A DNA stretch of 64,000 nt from Anthoceros angustus (Eukaryota; Plantae; Anthocerotophyta). Positions within the stretch are counted from its first letter, which is position 1. Every line of letters starts with the position of its first letter. The notes beneath the pieces were generated by a model. It saw only the letters and a list, made by a program, of their open reading frames with translations. It was not told the DNA's origin and did not search any database. Made by a program: the position numbers and the translations under genes. Below are positions 57,898 through 64,000 of the stretch, piece after piece. Location of the stretch: the NCBI GenBank assembly GCA_010909165.1, contig MU008169.1:1302001-1366000 (forward strand), given 5' to 3'.

Positions 57898-60620
57898 CTA
57901 AGATTTTTCACCAGATTCTTCCTCCTTCGTAGAAAATTCTTCCTCTTTCGTAGAAGATTCTTCCTCTTTCGTAGGAGATTCTTCCTCCTTCGTAGTAGAT
58001 TCCACGTACTGAGACAGGACGGTCGCAGCCAATTTTGTGGGGCTTATCCCTTGGCTGTCGGAGATGGACTTCAAAGCCACAAAAAGATCGGTGCTGATTG
58101 GCAGTTGAGAAATGCCCCTGCCACGCCGAGGGCCATCGTATGTCTCCATGAAGCTTGTCAACTCGTCAAAACCCTGCAACATGATGTAAGACATTGTCAG
58201 GGCCTGCTATTGAGAGATTTAACAAGATACCCCGAGCTCGTACTCACCAGTCTGATGGAGAAATCTCCGAAAGATTCTCCAGCATTCCGCAGGGTTCTCC
58301 AAGCATAAAACAATGGCTCCAGCACGGTCTCAAGCTCCTGGATCTTTACCTTCTCCCTGAAAACCTGTGCCAGCCTTGTCTGATTCGGACATCCTCCCAG
58401 CCACAACTGCACTCCGACGAGAGCCGAACAAGGTGAGCAATTGGCTCCTTGCTCCAAAAAATGAAAATCAGGAATGGACGAGAGAGCAAACAAACCTGGT
58501 AGCTGTTTGCACCGTCCCCAACCAAACCAAGCTCTGCCATGTATGGCCTGGTGCACCCATTAGGGCAGCCAGTCATCCTGATGACGACAGAGTCTGTGTT
58601 CTTCAGGCCAACCTGAACACCAGGAAATGCTAAGTTTAGTCGTCCAGATACTGGATCCATGCGTGTCACAATGTAGTTACCAGATTGCCCCTTTGCACAG
58701 GTGCTACCTTTTCAAAGATGAACCGGATCCGTTTCAACACATCCGGTATTCCCCGCTCGGCTTCTGCTATTGCCAGTGGACACAAGGGCAACGCAGGGCA
58801 GGCCATTGCTGTCAGCTTCAAGGGATCCACACTTCGCGGTGACTGAAAGAAGAGATGTTGCACAGGTCAAGACTGATATCACCTTCGACGCCCTGGATGT
58901 TTGCTTCAATTTTGACAACAGTTTCCAACTAGTGGTAACGAGACAGTATACTGACCACAAGCCCAACAGCAGCAAGAGTTTTGGTGATGATAGTCTTCCA
59001 CGCCTTCCGAACATCGCAAAGTATCAGATTCTGATTTGCCGTAATTCGCACACTGAGATTATATTTCTCTATCATCTCCCTCAAGGCTTTCTTGGCTTCG
59101 CCTTTAATGCGTCCATTGTCAATATGCACACCAAAAAACAGCCGTCCATCTCCCTGTACACAAGAAAAGGACTTTGAGTGCTGTGCAAACCCCCTGTTCC
59201 CAAACACTTACACTGCACAGGCATCAGAAAACACGGTGGCTCACCTGGTCATTCCAGCCAAGGTAATCCTTGTACTCCCAAGGTGGAAGCTCTTGAAAAG
59301 GCTCGAACTTCTTCCCATAATACTGCTCCACTACACCTTTGAACCTTTCCAAGCCCCAGTCATGAATCAGGTACTTCATTCGGGCCATCCTCCTGTCATC
59401 CCGTCTGCCATGATCCCGCTGGGTAGCAACGATGGCCTTCACAGCATACAGAATATCATCCTTCGGCACATACCCAAGAGGGTCAGCCAACCTGGGAAAC
59501 GTGTTCTCATTCCGATGGGTTCGACCCATCCCTCCTCCAACCTACACACCCATCCACAAACCCACCCACCACACCCAACCAACCATCAAAACCCACAACT
59601 CTCGCAAACAAAGCATGCAAAACCAACAACCACACATACATAGATATTGAAGCCCTTAGGTTCCCCAGCCTTATCAAAAATAGCCACAAGCCCAATATCA
59701 TTCGTAAGAATATCCACAGAGTTGTCCCCGGGAACGGTAACCGCAATCTTAAACTTCCTCGGAAGAAACTGACTCCCGTAAATCGGCTCAGGAGAGCCCT
59801 CAAAACTCGCTCCAGTAGCCGTATGATTCCTCGCCTCCACCACATCCGGAGGCTCAGCACTCACAATCTTCTCCCCATCCACCCACAAATCATAGTACGC
59901 CCCAGCCTGCGGCGCCAACAAAGCCGCCAGCTTATCCGCCGTCTCCTGCGCAAAATGATACTCCTTCCTATCCACATACGGCACGGGGGGAGCCAGCACA
60001 TTCCGATTCAAATCCCCACAAGCCCCGAGCGTAGACCCCATGCTCCTGATAATGGTGCCCATCACCGTCTTCAAGTTCGACTTCAACACTCCATGCAACT
60101 GGAAGGTCTGTCGAGTGGTCAGCCTCAACGTCCCACTCCCAAACTCATTCGCCAAGTCATCCATCACCAAATACAACTTGTTGGACACCTTCCCCGCGGG
60201 CTGCTTAGTCCTGAGCATGAACTGGTACTGCCGCGAGGTCCGCACGTCCCTGTTATCCTGCTGGTAGCTCCCATGGAATTTTATCAGCTGGCTAGCCGCC
60301 TCACTCATATTGGGCGCCTCCGACTCCAGCTCCTCATTCAGAGGGTATCGCAAATAGTCACTCTGCTCCTTGAATATCTCCACCTTGCTCCTCTTGGGCG
60401 GGAGGGTAGTGGGCGGCCTGGCAGGCGTCGCCACCGCCTTCACCTTCACGACCCACAACCTCATCCCACCTCTGCTCTCCCGCCCACCAATTCCATTCCC
60501 CGTCCTCCCGCTCGGGGCCGCTGAAGCCGGCCTCAGCCCATCGTAGGAGGCCAAAAACCCAGCAGGATTGGCGGACGCCGCCAAGAGCTCCCTACCGCCC
60601 ACAACCGCAGCCAGAGCCAT
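57898..60620 (-). CDS. SIR: Ferredoxin-dependent sulfite reductase, plastid
   Basis: [39 protein letters not shown] and [11 protein letters not shown]; Fe-S/siroheme motifs [11 protein letters not shown] and RMTGCPNGC. Confidence 0.96.
57914..57997 (-). repeat. Four 21-bp coding repeats (TKEEES[P/S]) at the SiR C-terminus
   Basis: GATTCTTCCTC(C/T)TTCGTAG units with 21-bp spacing. Confidence 0.9.
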
Positions 60621-61559
60621 GGTGGGCAGAAACGAGTTGGGTTCCGGCCTCCGCTGGCTCTCCTCTTGCCCCGCCTCAGCACTGAGCGACGGCGGACGTG
60701 ATCCGAGACTCTGGGCCCTCAAGCGGGTTCGTGCGAACGGATGAGCAGATGAGGTAGGTGGTGGTGGAACCGGAAAATCCCGGAGAAGCAGACGACGTTG
60801 GCGCACTCTGTGGCTGACGAGCTCATGAGAGGCCAGGTCAGAGTGTGGCCCACCGGCGAGGTCCCGGGCCGGGCCTCCTGCTGCTGCTGCCTGCAACTTG
60901 GCCTTTTAGCCCCAGCCAGCCGACAGCGGCTCTCCAGACACCCTCAAGCAACGGACTGCCTCCCTGTCTTCACCTTCGCTTGCGCGTTAACCCAATTTTT
61001 TTTGTGACTCAATCCGACTGTAAACTTTCTATTCATCAATTTCTAGCCAGTTCGTTCTCGCACGCATTTCGACGTGGGAACGGTCCAACTTCGCACATCA
61101 ACCTCTTCATCTACAAACATATGCGTGCAAACAAACCTTGAGCGTGAACGCAAAAAAACATATATCATGTATAAGTAAATATTAATGTTAATATTAAACT
61201 ATATATATCGTATAAAACTATTTGTTAATCATTTAAATTAATTTTTAAGTTCGAAGGGCATTTTTGACCCATGTTCTTCAACATTGTACATAACTCTTTG
61301 ATGCCACCAATTCATGTTAAGGTTGCCTTTTGTGGAGAATTCTGCTCTCTACATCAGAAGAAAAACATGATTATTATGTCTCATGCAATCCGCTCTCTAC
61401 ATCGTAACAAAAACTTGATTATTATGTCTCATCCAACTGGAAAGAATCTTTTAAAGACTCTCATCCAGCCAAAATCAGGAAGAATCTTTTTGAGACTCAT
61501 CTACCTCCAAAAAATGGACGCCATTACTTTGTGGATACTCATCTGTCAATCAAAGTCGG

Positions 61560-62590
61560 AGTCATAGCCGGCATCAAAAAAGCGGAGTCAAATGCAGAGT
61601 CAAAGTCGGAGTCTCAAGCGGAGTCAAAGTCGGCATCAAAATCGGAGATAAACCCAGAGTCAAAGTCAGAGTCATAGGCGGAGTCCAGGGCGATGTCCCA
61701 GGTGAAGTCCCACGCACAGTCCCAGGCAAAGTCCCAAGCGAACTCCCAGGCGGAGTCAAAGACGGAGTCAAAGCTTGAGTCATCGCTCGAGTCGCAACTG
61801 CAGTTACCACAGGAGTCAAAGTCAGAGTCACCGCAGAGTGAAAGTTAGAGTCACAGCTCGAGTAGTCACCATCGAAGTCTCAGGCGCAGTCACGGCCCAA
61901 GTACTTGCAACCGGAGTAGTCACAACCGAAGTAGTCACTATCAAAGTCGCAGCTGGAGTACTGGCAGTCGGAGTAGTCACAATCGACGTAGTCCCAGCCG
62001 CAGTAGTCACAACCAAAGTAGTCACACCCAAAGTAGTCACACCCAAAGTAGTCACACCCAAAGTAGTCACACCCAAAGTAGTCACCGAGTTGCCATAGGG
62101 GAGTAGAATGGAGTTGTTACACAAGTTCTCACGGTCCGGAGTAGTCGTCAAGTCACAATCGTGGTGGCAACCAAAGTAGTCATGTAAGAATTCGATACAA
62201 GAGTAGTCATAGGCGTGAGTCACAATGTGAGGGGCAACCTGAGGAGCCACAACGAAGCGGGCAATGGGTTAGTGGCACCGTAGTAGCCACAACCGAGTAG
62301 TCATACAATAGCAAAGAACCGAGTAGCGCAAAAGTAGTCATAATGGAAGGAGTTCCAGTCGGCGGAGTTATAACCGGTGGGGTAGCAGTCGAAATAAAGG
62401 TAGCAGGAGTAGTCACAAGCGGAGGAGTCATAGCCGGCGGAGTAACAACCAAAGTAGTCAACACCGGAGTGGTCACAGCCGGAGAAGTCACGTCGAGAGT
62501 AGTGGCAGCCGGAGTAGTGGCAACCCAAGTAATGGCAGCTCGAGTAGTGGCACCCCGAGAAGTGGCAGCTAGAGTAGTCCCATAGTAAAA
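61560..62590. repeat. Degenerate 15-bp/12-bp minisatellite array (GTAGTCACAGCCGGA-like grading into GGAGTCAAA-like)
   Basis: Four perfect GTAGTCACACCCAAA copies at 62018-62077, with dozens of variant copies around them. Confidence 0.85.
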
Positions 62591-62707
62591 ATGATGTCCT
62601 TTGCTGATCTAGCTATGTTCTAAAACCACTTCCGTGACTTGCTTTGATACAAACATCACACAAACGTAGAGGAATGTAACATAATTCATAATTCATATTG
62701 TCGTATG

Positions 62708-62840
62708 GGAATGTCATTGTTAAGCATTCTATATAGGAACGTCACTATTAAGCATCCTATATAGGAACATCGCTGTTAAGCATCCTATATAGGAACGTTG
62801 TTGTTAAGCATCCTATATAGAAATATCGTTGTTAAGCATC
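62708..62840. repeat. 28-bp tandem repeat, about 4.5 copies, with an internal CCTATATAGG palindrome
   Basis: GTTAAGCATCCTATATAGGAACGTCACT-like units. Confidence 0.85.
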
Positions 62841-63069
62841 ATGTGCTCACTTTTTCTACCTCCTTGGATCCCTTTAGTTTTCGGGCATCATCTCCATCCT
62901 CCATGGTAAGTACGCCATATTCAACAATTTAAAAGCAATTAGATTGATTGTTTATTAAGATTTTTATATTTAAAATATAAATAAAATAAACAAATAAGCA
63001 TGGAACTCAAACATCTCAAAGAACATATTTAGAAAGGGATATTTTAGAGTCTCCGATCCAATTTTATAA

Positions 63070-63700
63070 TAGAGTAAAATGTACTACTCTGTTATATGTC
63101 TATCACAGCCAAAGGAATTGGAGGGGCCTCCCCCTTTCGTCCGTGGTGGCTTTCTTTCTGTGGTTTCCATAGCTCGCAGAAGCTCGTTAACGCTTATTTA
63201 TAGGACGCTCGTCTGCAGACTAGCGGCTTCTTCGACACCGGTGGTAGATAGGCCCTTCATCATCATTGATCACGATATCATTGGTGCAGTAGGTAGTTAC
63301 GGGAAAGGCATTCGAGGGGACTAGGACTTCCCCTTTTACTATTAGCCCTTTTTGGGTTGTTCCTTCTCTAACTTCACGGGTAGATGGGATTCCCCACCTC
63401 GCCTATTCATAACGTCTACTCTTCTCAATTATATGTCTATTATAATGTATTGTATTACATATCTCTCTATACTTCCCAACTTAGTAATCTTTAACTAAAA
63501 GAATTTAGTTAAAGATTACTAAAGATTCTTAATTGAGAGTAGTAATATATTAGATTAGTAGATTTTATAATCGATTCATATAATAGAATACTAGATTCTT
63601 AGTTGAGAGTTTGTTTGTCCTATAAATAGGGGAGTGGGGTTGTTCAGAACATTGTCGCATCTACATTAGTGGAACACACTTTGCCAAAGTAAAGAAGTTT
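63070..63700. mobile_element. Probable LTR-like or other TE fragments
   Basis: TATA-like CCTATAAATA(G) occurs on both strands (about 63195 minus, about 63620 plus) in AT-rich non-coding DNA. No boundaries could be established. Confidence 0.3.
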
Positions 63701-63934
63701 TGTCGACCAGGATTTTCTTAAGTGTGCAGGCAAAGAGGTGTTTGAGCGCTACCAAGCTGCCTGTCGTCAAGGTAAGATCAGACAGAAAGCTTCCTTGCTG
63801 TACGCAGAACAACATTATTTCATACTTCATTTCCAGACTCCTTCGCCAGTGACTCAAGGCTCTTGCAGTGTGTGGACTTCTACTCCGCCTTGTACTACTG
63901 GTTGTACTCGACCTTCCATTCCCGTGAGTAACAG

Positions 63935-64000
63935 CCAAAGTAGTCAACACCGAGTGGTCACAGAAGTCACGCCGAGGCGGCAATGAGTAGTGGCAACCCA
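63935..64000. repeat. Start of a second degenerate copy of the GTAGTCAC/GTAGTGGC minisatellite
   Basis: GTAGTCAACACCGAGTGGTCACAG...GTAGTGGCAACCCA matches the sequence at 62454-62526. Confidence 0.75.

Noticed and set aside
59823-60524. 233-aa plus-strand ORF
   Set aside because: Antisense to SiR exon 1.

Overview
This is gene-dense nuclear DNA from a land plant. Short introns (mostly about 60-150 nt), tight gene spacing and the gene repertoire suggest a compact non-seed-plant genome such as a hornwort or Selaginella; this is inference. Identifiable genes in order: plastid AIR carboxylase (5' part, -), GAR synthetase purD (+), ACHT-type thioredoxin (+), CONSTANS-like B-box/CCT protein (+), dirigent protein (+), JMJ706/JMJ13-like histone demethylase with a very long C-terminus (-), arginase (+), MCM6 (+), membrane-anchored kelch propeller (-), Hsp31-type DJ-1/PfpI (-), ECHS1-like enoyl-CoA hydratase (+), an RLCK with a Lys-to-Gln change (-), a 2-TM pseudokinase (-), two STIG1-family cysteine-rich proteins (-), a class I/II aminotransferase (-), CYP38 (+) and ferredoxin-sulfite reductase (-). 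An LTR-retroelement remnant, AT-rich repeat blocks, a ~930-bp tandem duplication and a decayed 15-bp minisatellite lie between them. No rRNA, tRNA or CRISPR array was seen. The best leads are the co-oriented STIG1-STIG1-pseudoRLK-RLCK block, the head-to-head purine genes with 144 bp between start codons, the type II membrane kelch protein, the extended JmjC protein and the SiR tail. Exon boundaries were called by eye from GT/AG signals and frame continuity.
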